Source: an uncultured candidatus Brocadiaceae bacterium (GTDB taxonomy: Bacteria > Planctomycetota > UBA1135 > UBA2386). From it: a stretch of DNA of 58,514 nt. Location of the stretch: positions 1 through 58,514 of the forward strand of contig CAYYAQ010000011.1 in assembly GCA_964469555.1 (NCBI GenBank). Reading direction: 5' to 3'. Each line of letters begins with the position of its first letter. Position 1 is the first letter of the stretch. The translations under genes were made by a program, and so were the position numbers. The notes under the pieces are model-generated. The model was not told the DNA's origin and searched no databases. It saw nothing but the letters and a program-made list of their open reading frames with translations. This document shows, piece after piece, positions 48,424 through 58,455 of the stretch.

Positions 48424-49155
48424 ATGGCCAAGCCACTCGAAGCCCTCTTCTTCGACATCGACGACACGCTCTTCTCCACGTCCGTGTTCGCGGACAAGGC
48501 GCGGCGTGCCGCGGTCGACGCCATGATCAACGCAGGACTGCGCGCAGACCGCCTGACCTGCATGAAGGAGCTCGAGGAGGTCATCGGCGAGTTCTCGAGC
48601 AACTATGGATCGCACTTCGACAAGGTCATCCACCGCCTGCCACAGGCTGCCAGCGAGGGTCTCAATCCAGCGATGCTCGTCGCCGCCGGAGTGGTCGCCT
48701 ACCACGAGACGAAGTGGAAGGAGTTGAAGGTCTACGACGACGTCTACGAGGTCTTGCGCTGGTTGAGCGGCACCGACCTGATCCGTGGCATCATCTCCCT
48801 GGGCGTGACCGTGAAGCAGGCCGAGAAGATCATGCGGTTGCAAATCTACGAGTTCCTAACGCCGGGGGCGATCTGCTTCACGGACCAGATCGGCATCAAC
48901 AAGCCCAACCCCAAACTCTACCAGCGGGTCCTGAGTGACCTGGACCTCCATGCCAGCAAGGTGATGTACGTCGGCGATAACCCGATCAACGACATCGACC
49001 CGTGCAACGAAGTCGGGATGATAAGCGTCCGCAACCGCCGCTCGGGTCGCTACGCCATCACCGACGGACAGACCAAACCCGACTTCGAGATCCGCGACTT
49101 CTACGAGCTCCGCACCATCCTCCAACAGGAGTTCGGGATCGAGAGTAGGATCTAG
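48424..49155 (+). CDS. HAD-superfamily hydrolase (subfamily IA)
   Basis: FFDIDDTL, GINKP, YVGDNPIND. Confidence 0.9.
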   Translation: MAKPLEALFFDIDDTLFSTSVFADKARRAAVDAMINAGLRADRLTCMKELEEVIGEFSSNYGSHFDKVIHRLPQAASEGLNPAMLVAAGVVAYHETKWKELKVYDDVYEVLRWLSGTDLIRGIISLGVTVKQAEKIMRLQIYEFLTPGAICFTDQIGINKPNPKLYQRVLSDLDLHASKVMYVGDNPINDIDPCNEVGMISVRNRRSGRYAITDGQTKPDFEIRDFYELRTILQQEFGIESRI

Positions 49156-50264
49156 CGCAGATCTTCCCAGAACTTCGTGGGCATGTCGTGGGCGATCTTC
49201 AACGCGCCGTTCGAACCACCGTAGATCGGTTCCTCGACGCGGATGACCTTGCCACCACCGAGGTGCTGGACCATGCGGTGCTCGATGGCGGTATCGAGAC
49301 CGCGGATCTGGGAACCGCCACCCGCTAGCAGGACGCGGCTGCGCAGCTTGTCCTGAAACTCCGGATCGAACGACGACACCAGTTGGTGCAGTCCTTCGAC
49401 GATCGGGTCCACGATGATGCTACAGGACGCTTGGATCTGGTCGGTCAAGTCGAACTGCGTGGGCTTGCCGTCGACGGGCAGGTTGACCGTCACACGCTCC
49501 ATGGTGTCACCGAGGAACGAGTGGCGCTCCTTGATGTCCTTCACCATCTGCACCGTGAACTGCGCACCTGGGCAAGTCTCGGTGATCAGACGGGTGAGTT
49601 CCAGGTCGACCGCGTCGCCGGCGATCTGCAGCGTGATCTGGTCCGCATCTTCCGGCATCGTGCCGTGCATCCGGCAGAGATCTACCGTGCCAGCGCCGAT
49701 GTCGATGACGAGCACGTCTTCGAGCATGTCCAGTCCGTAGGCGACGGAGAACGGCTCGCTGCACAGCATCACGGAGTCGACGCTCTCGCGCGCCGCCTCG
49801 ATGATCGCTTCCTTGTTGTTGATCGACGCCTGCGCCGGCGCACCGATCACGCAGTAGATCAACTCGTCCTTGCGCGGTCGCGCGAGGTCGATCGCGGCCC
49901 GGATCAGATCGGCGGCGGCCTTCGATGACTTGGGATCGCCGTTGCGGAGCACGCCGTGCTGGAGAGGGCGGTAGAAGTCAAGCGACAGGCGCTTCTCGAC
50001 CGCTTCCTTGCCGACGAGAACGTCACGGTTCAACAGTTTCTGCGCGACATGATCCTTCGGATAGCCGACGACACTGAAGATGCACTCGCGCACGCCGTTG
50101 CTCGACGAAACCGAGGTTCGCGAAGTACCGAGGTCCAGGCCGATGTAGAGGACCCCGTGGTCCTTCACCGGTCCGGTCCCACTCTCGGTCACTTGTGGTG
50201 CACTTGCGTCTTCGGCGGAGGACTCGCCCTGGCCAACGCCGGGGTCGTTCGCGTTGTCTGTCAT
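49152..50264 (-). CDS. MamK-like bacterial actin
   Basis: GLDLGTS, SVVGYPKD..A.KLL, PLQHGVL, VIGAPAQAS..NK, SEPFSVAYGLD, IDIGAGTVDLC, SFDPEFQ, AGGGSQIRGL, GALKIA..MP..FW: MamK-type rather than MreB-type signatures. Confidence 0.85.
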   Translation of the reverse strand: MTDNANDPGVGQGESSAEDASAPQVTESGTGPVKDHGVLYIGLDLGTSRTSVSSSNGVRECIFSVVGYPKDHVAQKLLNRDVLVGKEAVEKRLSLDFYRPLQHGVLRNGDPKSSKAAADLIRAAIDLARPRKDELIYCVIGAPAQASINNKEAIIEAARESVDSVMLCSEPFSVAYGLDMLEDVLVIDIGAGTVDLCRMHGTMPEDADQITLQIAGDAVDLELTRLITETCPGAQFTVQMVKDIKERHSFLGDTMERVTVNLPVDGKPTQFDLTDQIQASCSIIVDPIVEGLHQLVSSFDPEFQDKLRSRVLLAGGGSQIRGLDTAIEHRMVQHLGGGKVIRVEEPIYGGSNGALKIAHDMPTKFWEDLR

Positions 50265-50300
50265 CGTTTCACTCTCCGACTCTATCTATCGGTGAGAAGG

Positions 50301-51071
50301 CTACTTGCCCTGAAGCCGTACATTCGCCTCGAAGATACTCGACATCAAAGCAGTTTTGGCTTCGTAGGCCCGGTCTTCGAGGTCGAGGCCCTGAACCTTC
50401 CGGTAGACGGACGAGATCCCCTGGTCCAGGTGCTTGATGGCCGTCACCTCGCTGAGGCGGTGCTCCGTCTGCTCGAGGGAAGCGCTGAGTTTCTCGATCC
50501 GCCGTTGGAGGACCGCAACCTCCTTGTCACGGACCGCTTCGCGCGCCTCGCGGGTCGCCCGACGCTCATCGCCCACGATGGACATGACGAACTCCAGGAC
50601 CCGCGACGGGACCTCCTCGGTCTTCCCGCTCTCCGTGAGCCCCCGGATGAGCTGGGTGATGCGTTCGGCGATGTCCCGGTCCTCGCCCTCGAAGCGCTCT
50701 GCGCTCGCTGCCGAGGCCAGTTTCTCCTCGAGGCGCGACTGCTGCTTCGACAGTTCCAGCCGCAGTTCGTCGATCTGCGCCTCCGCCTGGTCCTTGAGCG
50801 ACTTCAGCTCATCGTGCTGCTTCTCGAGGTCTTCATTGCTCTTGAGCAACCGAAGAAACTCCTCCTTCGTCGCGCTCGCGACCTCCTCGCGATCGAGAGC
50901 GAGCAGCCTGAACCGCAGGCTCTTCTTGACCGCCTCCTGGATCAGCATCGCGATGCGATCCACGCCTAGGACATTGACCTTGTTGACGCCCTGCTTCTTG
51001 AGCTGGTCCACCGAAGTGGAGTACGCCAGCTTCATGACGACGTCTTTCAGATTGCGAACAAGGCCAGCCAA
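50301..51071 (-). CDS. Coiled-coil protein
   Basis: Heptad-rich Glu/Lys/Leu segments and a compact C-terminal motif (GISSVYRKVQGL...IFEAN). Start TTG 51071 or ATG 51035. Confidence 0.8.
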   Translation of the reverse strand: MAGLVRNLKDVVMKLAYSTSVDQLKKQGVNKVNVLGVDRIAMLIQEAVKKSLRFRLLALDREEVASATKEEFLRLLKSNEDLEKQHDELKSLKDQAEAQIDELRLELSKQQSRLEEKLASAASAERFEGEDRDIAERITQLIRGLTESGKTEEVPSRVLEFVMSIVGDERRATREAREAVRDKEVAVLQRRIEKLSASLEQTEHRLSEVTAIKHLDQGISSVYRKVQGLDLEDRAYEAKTALMSSIFEANVRLQGK

Positions 51072-51074
51072 GAG

Positions 51075-51833
51075 CTAATCACCATCCCAGTTCGAGGGCC
51101 CGTAGGTTTCCATCTTCTCCCCGCGCACCGCCGTGACGAACGTCCCGAGGATGTTCGCGCCGAGCTCCCGCAGGGTGCGGATCGCGTCCTTGCTCTGTCC
51201 CTTCGTCGAGTGCAGCATGCGAATGACGAGGATCGTGCCGTCCGCACAGGAGCTGAGCACGCTCGCGTCGGTGACGGGTTTGACCGCCGGAGTGTCGACG
51301 ATCACGTATTGGTAGCGCTCTTTCAGCCGGTGGTAGAGCTCCTCGATGCGGTGGCTCGTGAGGATCTCCGACGGCACGGCGAGCGGGCTGCCGGCACCCA
51401 GGATGTCGAGGTTGCGCACGCCCGAGGGATGGATGGCCTGTTCGAGCTGCGCGCTTCCGAGCAACACCTCGGACAAGCCGGTCGAACGGTTGGTCTGCAG
51501 GTTTCGCTCCACCGACGGCGCCCGCATGTCCGCGTCGACGAGGATGACCGGAGTGCGCTCCCGTTCGGCGAATGCCATCGCCAGGTTGATCGCCGTCGTC
51601 GTCTTGCCGTCGCTCTTTTGCGCAGACGTGATGACCAATGTCTTCGCCGCGTCGTCCGGATTCATCGCGATCAGCTTGTTGCGGAGCCCTCGCATCTGCT
51701 CCGCCCGATAACCCGTCGGCTCGTGGAAGAGCACGAGGTAGGGGCTGACGCTCTTCTCGACGAGGACGACGGTGTCGTCATCCATCGCCGGCTCGGCGCG
51801 ATTTTTCTTCGTCTTCTTGTCCAAACGGAACAT
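51075..51833 (-). CDS. CpsD/CapB (BY-kinase)/MinD-like P-loop ATPase
   Basis: EQMRGLR, ITSAQKSDGKTT, LVDADMR, GLSEVL, PSEIL, VIVDTP, DGTILV. Confidence 0.85.
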   Translation of the reverse strand: MFRLDKKTKKNRAEPAMDDDTVVLVEKSVSPYLVLFHEPTGYRAEQMRGLRNKLIAMNPDDAAKTLVITSAQKSDGKTTTAINLAMAFAERERTPVILVDADMRAPSVERNLQTNRSTGLSEVLLGSAQLEQAIHPSGVRNLDILGAGSPLAVPSEILTSHRIEELYHRLKERYQYVIVDTPAVKPVTDASVLSSCADGTILVIRMLHSTKGQSKDAIRTLRELGANILGTFVTAVRGEKMETYGPSNWDGD

Positions 51834-52111
51834 CAGGCGGGGTTCAACGAGGTTGGCGGTCGAGGTCGGGACCGTCTGGTAAGCATACTACACGGTTCGC
51901 CGCAACAGTAGGATCGACGCGAGGACCTGGGCACGAGGCGCGGAGGCCCACGCCAAAGGGCGTTGCGGGTCGAAGCACGTTGCTGCGGGGTCGTAGAAGG
52001 CAAGTCAGCGAAGGTCCATTCAACATATCGACTGCTGGAGCCCCGAGTATCATCGTTTTTGCCAGCGGTTTCGTGGCGGCCGACGAATTCCGGTGATTCG
52101 TCGCAACTCCT

Positions 52112-53761
52112 TCAGCTGCCGAGGTCGACGCCGGCCCGCCTGGCGAATTCCACCGCCTCCGGGTAGCCGGCGTCGGCGTGTCGCGCAACGCCGATGCCAG
52201 GATCGTTCGTGAGTACCCGAGCGAGCCGCTGGCCCGCCTCGACGGTGCCGTCCGCGACGATGACCTGCCCGGCGTGGATCGAACGACCGATGCCGACGCC
52301 GCCGCCGTGGTGAATGGAAACCCACGTCGCACCGCTGGCTGTGCTCAACAGCGCATTGAGAAGCGGCCAATCCGCGATGGCATCGCTGCCGTCGAGCATT
52401 CCCTCGGTCTCGCGATACGGGGAAGCCACCGAACCGCAGTCCAGGTGGTCCCGCCCGAAGACGATCGGCGCGGAGATTTCGCCGTTGGCGACGAGCGCGT
52501 TCACGCGCTGGGCGAAGTCGGCGCGCTCGCCGTAGCCGAGCCAGCAGATCCGCGCCGGCAACCCCTGGAACTGGATCTTCTCGTGGGCCTTCTCGATCCA
52601 CGTCGTGAGATCCTCATTGTCGCAGAACATCTCGAAGACCAACTCATCCGTGCGGAAGATGTCCTCGGGTTTGCCGCTCAGGGCCACCCAGCGGAACGGG
52701 CCGCGACCTTCGCAAAACAGGGGTCGCACGTACTCGGGAACGAATCCCGGGATCTCGAACGCGTCCGCCTCGCCCGCATCTCTCGCCTCGGTGCGGATGT
52801 TGTTGCCGTAGTCGAACGTGATCGCGCCACGGCGCTTGAGCAGAAGCATCAGCCCCACGTGCCGGGCACAGGTCTCGCGGGACTCGAGAAGGTACGCGTC
52901 CGGGTTCGATGCGCGCAGGGCCACCGCGGCGTCGAGGGTCATCCCGTCGGGCACGTACCCGTTCAGCATGTCGTGCGAGCTGGTCTGATCGGTCAGGATA
53001 TCCGGCGTCAAGTTGCGTTCGGCGAGCGTGCCGAGGAGTTCGGTCGCATTGCACGTCACCGCAACCGACCACGGAACGCCTTCCCCGCACCGGGCGAGCG
53101 CCACTTCGATGGCCTCGTCCACGGTCCCCACGAGCTGGTCCACGTACTTTGAGTCGAGCCGCTTCCGGATGCGGGACTCGTCCACGTCCGCCGCGAGACA
53201 TACTCCGCCCGCCAGCGTCACGGCGAGGGGCTGCGCCCCCCCCATCCCGCCGAGCCCGGAGGTGACGACGACCCGACTCTTGAGATCGGAGTCGAAGTGC
53301 CTGCGACCCGCCGCGATAAACGTCTCGTACGTCCCCTGCACGATCCCCTGGCTCGCGATGTAGATCCACGAACCCGCCGTCATCTGGCCGTACATCATCA
53401 GGCCGAGCTCCTCCAAGCGGCGGAACTCGTCCCAGTTGGCCCAGTCACCCACCAGGTTGCTGTTCGCGATCAGGACACGAGGTGCATCGGGGTGGGTCCG
53501 GAACACGGCGACGCACTTGCCCGACTGCACCAGCATCGTCTCGTCGGGATCGAGCCGCCGAAGCGTGTTGAGAATCCCCTCGAGCGCCTCGTGATTGCGC
53601 GCCGCCTTTCCCGACCCCCCGTAGACGATCAGCTGGTCTGGATCCTCCGCGACCTCCGGGTCGAGATTGTTCTGGATCATCCGATAGGCCGCTTCGATCT
53701 GCCAGTTCTTGCAGGTCAGGGTGTTGCCCCGGGGAGCCCGGAAGGTCGGGGGTCTGGTCAT
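52112..53761 (-). CDS. hutU: Urocanate hydratase
   Basis: [67 protein letters not shown]. Confidence 0.98.
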   Translation of the reverse strand: MTRPPTFRAPRGNTLTCKNWQIEAAYRMIQNNLDPEVAEDPDQLIVYGGSGKAARNHEALEGILNTLRRLDPDETMLVQSGKCVAVFRTHPDAPRVLIANSNLVGDWANWDEFRRLEELGLMMYGQMTAGSWIYIASQGIVQGTYETFIAAGRRHFDSDLKSRVVVTSGLGGMGGAQPLAVTLAGGVCLAADVDESRIRKRLDSKYVDQLVGTVDEAIEVALARCGEGVPWSVAVTCNATELLGTLAERNLTPDILTDQTSSHDMLNGYVPDGMTLDAAVALRASNPDAYLLESRETCARHVGLMLLLKRRGAITFDYGNNIRTEARDAGEADAFEIPGFVPEYVRPLFCEGRGPFRWVALSGKPEDIFRTDELVFEMFCDNEDLTTWIEKAHEKIQFQGLPARICWLGYGERADFAQRVNALVANGEISAPIVFGRDHLDCGSVASPYRETEGMLDGSDAIADWPLLNALLSTASGATWVSIHHGGGVGIGRSIHAGQVIVADGTVEAGQRLARVLTNDPGIGVARHADAGYPEAVEFARRAGVDLGS

Positions 53762-53770
53762 ACGTGGAGT

Positions 53771-53822
53771 CTAGCCCCCCCTTTCACCAGATCTCTGCTG
53801 CGATGGCACAACTCCGTGCGTC
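53771..53822. repeat. Half copy (one arm) of the CTAG palindromic element
   Basis: TCACCAGATCTCTGCTGCGATGGCACAACT matches the reverse complement of the copy-1 right arm at 28/30, preceded by CTAGCC. Confidence 0.82.
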
Positions 53823-53841
53823 CCGCTCGCACTTGCTCCTT

Positions 53842-55380
53842 TCACAGTTTCAGACCACACGACGCCTGGACCGAATCAACGAGCCGCCCCGAGCGCACCA
53901 ACTTCGCGATCGACTCGATGTCCGGTGCGAGGAACCGGTCCTCGTGCAGCGGCGGCACATCGCGGCGAATGCAGTCATACGCGAACTCCACCCCGCGCCC
54001 GGGAGTCAGCCCCTTCCCACAGTCGAGACCCTGCGCCGCGCTCATCAACTCGATGGCGAGCACGTTCTCGCTATTCTCGAGCACCTGCGAGGCGTGCCGC
54101 GCCGCGATCACACCCATCGACACGTGGTCCTCACGGTTCGCGGAGGTCGGGACCGTGTCGACGCTCGCGGGGTGTGCAAGCGTCTTGTTCTCGGATGCGA
54201 GAGCTGCGGCGACGACCTGCGGAATCATCAGTCCGCTCTCGACACCGGGCTCGTGGGCGAGGAACGGCGGCAGGCCGGAAATATCGGGATTGACGAGGTT
54301 CTCGATGCGGCGCTCGCTGATGTTCGCGAGGGTGCTGAGCGCGATCGCGAGGAAGTCGAGAGCCTGACTGACCGGTTGGCCGTGAAAGTTGCCGGCGGAG
54401 ATCACGTCGCCGTCCGGAAACACCAACGGGTTGTCCGTGACGGACGATGCCTCGGTGACCAGCACCTGCTCAGCAAAACGCCACGCGTCCTTGGCCGCGC
54501 CGTGCACCTGCGGAGCGCACCGCATCGAGTAGGCATCCTGCACCTTGTCACAATCGACGTGGTCTCCCATCACCTTCGAGTTGCGCAGCAAGCTCCGGAG
54601 GTTCGCGGCTGTCTGACGTTGGCCGCGGTGTGGCCGCAGATCCTGCACTCTCTTTGCGAACGGTCGCTCGGATCCTCCCAACGCCTCGACTGTCATCGCG
54701 CACGCGATGTCGGCCACGAGGTTCAGGCCGCGAGCGCGGTGCACGACCTTCAGGCCGATCGCGGTCATGATCTGGGTTCCGTTGATCAGGGCGAGGCCCT
54801 CCTTCGCCGCGAGCTCGACGGGCGCGAGACCGAGTTCGGCGAGGGCTTTCTTGGCCTTGATGCGCCGCGGTTTCGCACTCCCCCCGACGTGGACTTCCCC
54901 GTACCCGAGGAGCGGGAGGGCCATGTGCGCCAAAGGCGCGAGGTCGCCGCTGGCTCCCACGGATCCCTGACTCGGGATGACCGGGACGTACGACGCGTTG
55001 AAGAGCGTGACCATCGTCTTCAGGAGTTCTCGACGCACGCCCGAGTATCCCCGCGCAAGATTGTGGATGCGCAGCGCGAATGCGAGGCGGGACACGTCCA
55101 CCGGCAACGAGTCACCGACACCGGTCGCGTGACTCAGGATCAAGTTGCGCTGCAACGCGCCCAGTCGCGAGGGCTCGATCGAGACGTTCGAGAGCTTGCC
55201 GAAACCCGTATTGACACCGTAGACCGACTCGCCGGTTTCGAGGCTCGCCTCCACCACAGCGCGCGAACGGCGGACCGCTGCGAGCGTGGCCTTCGAGAGA
55301 CTCACGCGCGCCCCGTGACGAGACAGGGCGATGGCGTCGTCGAGGGTCAGGTCCGCCGTGCCGATGGAAGTCGTCTTCAT
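53842..55380 (-). CDS. hutH: Histidine ammonia-lyase
   Basis: VYGVNTGFG, GSVGASGDLAPL (ASG/MIO), KEGLALINGT, QDAYSMRC, NFHG, EDHVSMG; adjacent to hutU. Confidence 0.97.
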   Translation of the reverse strand: MKTTSIGTADLTLDDAIALSRHGARVSLSKATLAAVRRSRAVVEASLETGESVYGVNTGFGKLSNVSIEPSRLGALQRNLILSHATGVGDSLPVDVSRLAFALRIHNLARGYSGVRRELLKTMVTLFNASYVPVIPSQGSVGASGDLAPLAHMALPLLGYGEVHVGGSAKPRRIKAKKALAELGLAPVELAAKEGLALINGTQIMTAIGLKVVHRARGLNLVADIACAMTVEALGGSERPFAKRVQDLRPHRGQRQTAANLRSLLRNSKVMGDHVDCDKVQDAYSMRCAPQVHGAAKDAWRFAEQVLVTEASSVTDNPLVFPDGDVISAGNFHGQPVSQALDFLAIALSTLANISERRIENLVNPDISGLPPFLAHEPGVESGLMIPQVVAAALASENKTLAHPASVDTVPTSANREDHVSMGVIAARHASQVLENSENVLAIELMSAAQGLDCGKGLTPGRGVEFAYDCIRRDVPPLHEDRFLAPDIESIAKLVRSGRLVDSVQASCGLKL

Positions 55381-55418
55381 GCCGCCAGTGTTTGATCACC
55401 GGCGGGATTTGCAAGCTT

Positions 55419-55742
55419 TCACCAGCCCCAGAACTCTTCGAGATCGGTCCGCCACGATTTCCGGTCGCGTTCGCCGACCCTGCCACGGGCTACCACGAAA
55501 CCGGCGGGCTTCTGCTCGGGACAGTTCTCGACCAGCCACTTCGCGGCGGCGGCGGAGACCCCGAGAGCCGGATCCTGCAGGAAGTGCCAGGCGATCAACG
55601 AGTATTTCAGGTCATCCCCACCGGCGAGCAACGCGAGAATGCGCCGCGCCAGATCCTGGGCACTCGGATCACCCGGCGCTTGGGCCTGAACGCACACGGT
55701 CAGGGCACAGACCGACACCAGCACGGGCAAGAGGAAACGCAT
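55419..55742 (-). CDS. Small hypothetical exported protein
   Basis: MRFLLPVLVSVCALTVCVQA-Q signal peptide; fills the gap between bamA and hutH in the same orientation. Confidence 0.55.
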   Translation of the reverse strand: MRFLLPVLVSVCALTVCVQAQAPGDPSAQDLARRILALLAGGDDLKYSLIAWHFLQDPALGVSAAAAKWLVENCPEQKPAGFVVARGRVGERDRKSWRTDLEEFWGW

Positions 55743-55929
55743 CTTCCACCCGACAGTTCTTCCGCTATTGCCGCCTGATCACAAGCCTCAGCTGGAAGTC
55801 GGCGCTCGCCGACGTCGCGTGACCCGCGCACCACCGACGGTCGCCTCGTACGCAGCGCGCCGCTCGAACGCGGCTTCGTCGGGGCGCGTGCTGATGAAGA
55901 CGGTCGCGAGTCCGGCCACCAGGACGGTT

Positions 55930-58455
55930 CTAGAACCGTCGGAACGAGAAGAACAGTTGCTCTTCGCGGTCCGTCTCCTGCGCGAATATTGGCCAACCCA
56001 GGTCGAGTTGGATCGGCACCTGCAGCACGGGGACCTGGATCCGGATACCGAACCCGACCGTCAACCTCGGCTCCCGATAGAGTGAATCGTCGAAATCCAA
56101 TCCGAGCATCCCGTAGTCCGCGAATATCACGCCGCGGATGATCTCGGTGTGCCGGGTCGTCCCCTGCATCTGCGTCGACACGAGCGGGAACTGGTACTCC
56201 ATCGTCGACAACAACCGTGACTCGCCACCGACCGGCTGACCAAACTGGGACGGCCCGGCGTGCCGCTGATCGAAGCCGCGGAGATCACTGCCACCCATGT
56301 AGAGCCTCTCGCTGGGATACACGAACGGACTGCTGCCGAACGCCTCCGCGTGGTCGAGCCGCAGACGAGTGTAGAACACGTGCTTGCGATCCAGCGAGTC
56401 GGTGCGGATCGACTGGTAGAACTCGGCAGCCGCTCCGAACTTGTAGAAGTCCTGGCCGCCGCCGATCGGCCCGCCGACGAGCTCACCGTACGTCGTGAAG
56501 AGGTAGCCCTCCCGCGGGTGCAGGTTGTCGTCGAGGTCCGACAGCGCCAGGCTGAGCATCAACCCGCGGATCTCGGTCTTGCCCTCGCTCTCCCACACGA
56601 TCGTCGGTGCGTTGGCCTCGATGTTGCGCAGCTTGACCTTCTCATCGCGGATCGTGAGGTTCACGCGATTCGTCTCGTCGAAGATCCGCGACAGCGTCAC
56701 CGCTCCACCGAGGCGATCGACGTTGAACGAATCGAGGATGCGGATCGACTTGTAGAGGTCGACCCGCATGCCGATCGTGTCCATGTGCTGGCGGAACACG
56801 TCCGGATCGAACAGCGAAATGCGGTAGTAGCTGAACTCCGTTCCCGGAGCCAACAGCAGGTCGAGGTTCTGGTCGGCGCCGTGGAACGCCTTGCCATCGG
56901 CGATCTCGGAGATCCAGGTCCCCGGGTTCCACGACGACGGCAGCTTCGTGATGTCGAAGTTGCGCTTCTGGAACTCGAAGTTGCCGCGCACACCGGTGCC
57001 GGAACTCACCCCGACCCCCCACGTGAACTGTCCCGTCTCCCCTTCCTTCACGAAGATGTCGAGATCGACGAGGTCGTCCTCGCCCTCCACGGGCGAGAGT
57101 TCGAACCGCGTCAACGCCAACGTGTCGGGGTCGACGAAGTACCGGGTGCGGTCGAGCAGGGCGCGTGAGCGATCGAGTTTCGTCACGTCCATCAGATCGC
57201 CGGGGAAGAGCTTCACGCGGCGGCGGATGACCCGGTCCTCGGTCGACTTGTTGCCGCGGATCCGGACCAGACGCAAGAACTTGGGCGCGCCTTCGATGAG
57301 CTCGTAGATCACCTTCAACTCCGGCTTGGCCGGATCGAACACAAATTGCGGATCGAGGACCCGGAACGAGCTGGGCGTGGTCCTTTGCCCGTAGCGCCGT
57401 GCGGTCGGGTGGCCGCGCTTGCCGTAATACCGCTCGAGCGCGCGCCGATCCCGGTTGATGATCACGCTGCTGAAGTAGTCACCGGCAGCGAGCTGAATCT
57501 CCTTGATCACGTCTTCCTTGTCGTGAAGAGGCGGTCGCTTGTCGGCCGGGTTGGCCGTCCGCATCTGGTGCAGCTCGACGGCGGTGACCTTGTAGCGTTC
57601 ACCCTCAGAAACGCGGAACGTCAGGCCCACTTCGTCGAGGTCCTTGTTGAACCGTGTCTCCTCGAGATGCACGGCGGCGTCGAGATAGCCGTTGCGCCGG
57701 TAGAACAACTCGAGCTTCTGGACGTCGTCCTCGACGTTCCATCTGGAGAACGGCTTGTTGAACACGCCGCCAACACTCTCGAGCTTGGCGCTCCCTTCGA
57801 GGTTTTCACCGAACCCGAGGAGCACCGAACCCGGGAAGGACTTGTTGCCGCGGAAGCGCAGATTGCCAACGTGGACCTGTGGTCCCTCGTCGACGTAGAA
57901 GGTCAACATGCGCGCGACTTCGTCGGCGCGGGTCTCGACGCTGGCGAAGTAGTAGCCGTCGCGTTCGTACCGTTCGCGGATGACCAGTCGAATCCGCTCG
58001 GCGTCATCTTCGTGGATCCGCTGCGACGGCCGCAAGCCTGTGATGCGCCGCGCCTCGGTCTCGGTCAGGTTCTCCATCCCCTTGAACGCGTGCCGGTCGT
58101 ACTGCTTGACCGGCGGCAGCACGAAGAACAACTCGACCCGATTGTCGATGACGTCCCGCACGAGCACGCTCGCTCGGATCCGGTGGATCTCGTAGATCTT
58201 GACGATGTCCTCCGTGATGTTCGCCTTGGTGAGGACCACGTCTTTCTTGGTCTTCAACATCCCGAGCATCCGGTCGCGATCGGCCGTCGGCGGCGACACG
58301 TGGATGTAGTGCACGATCTTCCCCCACGCGGGGTCGTTCAAATCGAGCGGACGTTTCTCCTGCGCCGACAGCCCGCCCAAACTGGTAGCTAGCGCGACCG
58401 TAACAATCGATACGCACCGACCAGGAACACAGTCCACGGCGAGCCCGAAACTCAC
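55930..58455 (-). CDS. bamA: BamA/Omp85 outer-membrane protein assembly factor
   Basis: POTRA repeats (FRGN, YRRNGY, IRGNKSTEDRVIRR), LRGF barrel motif, GFGIR, C-terminal F. Confidence 0.9.
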   Translation of the reverse strand: MSFGLAVDCVPGRCVSIVTVALATSLGGLSAQEKRPLDLNDPAWGKIVHYIHVSPPTADRDRMLGMLKTKKDVVLTKANITEDIVKIYEIHRIRASVLVRDVIDNRVELFFVLPPVKQYDRHAFKGMENLTETEARRITGLRPSQRIHEDDAERIRLVIRERYERDGYYFASVETRADEVARMLTFYVDEGPQVHVGNLRFRGNKSFPGSVLLGFGENLEGSAKLESVGGVFNKPFSRWNVEDDVQKLELFYRRNGYLDAAVHLEETRFNKDLDEVGLTFRVSEGERYKVTAVELHQMRTANPADKRPPLHDKEDVIKEIQLAAGDYFSSVIINRDRRALERYYGKRGHPTARRYGQRTTPSSFRVLDPQFVFDPAKPELKVIYELIEGAPKFLRLVRIRGNKSTEDRVIRRRVKLFPGDLMDVTKLDRSRALLDRTRYFVDPDTLALTRFELSPVEGEDDLVDLDIFVKEGETGQFTWGVGVSSGTGVRGNFEFQKRNFDITKLPSSWNPGTWISEIADGKAFHGADQNLDLLLAPGTEFSYYRISLFDPDVFRQHMDTIGMRVDLYKSIRILDSFNVDRLGGAVTLSRIFDETNRVNLTIRDEKVKLRNIEANAPTIVWESEGKTEIRGLMLSLALSDLDDNLHPREGYLFTTYGELVGGPIGGGQDFYKFGAAAEFYQSIRTDSLDRKHVFYTRLRLDHAEAFGSSPFVYPSERLYMGGSDLRGFDQRHAGPSQFGQPVGGESRLLSTMEYQFPLVSTQMQGTTRHTEIIRGVIFADYGMLGLDFDDSLYREPRLTVGFGIRIQVPVLQVPIQLDLGWPIFAQETDREEQLFFSFRRF

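Noticed and set aside
38709..50264. Magnetosome gene cluster (TPR proteins as MamA plus MamK)
   Set aside because: The TPR proteins are exported and much larger than MamA, and no CDF transporter, HtrA/magnetochrome or LemA-like mam genes are present.
51075..51833. Capsule/EPS biosynthesis locus
   Set aside because: No wza, wzz/wzc membrane domain, flippase or glycosyltransferase is adjacent, and the Tyr cluster is absent.
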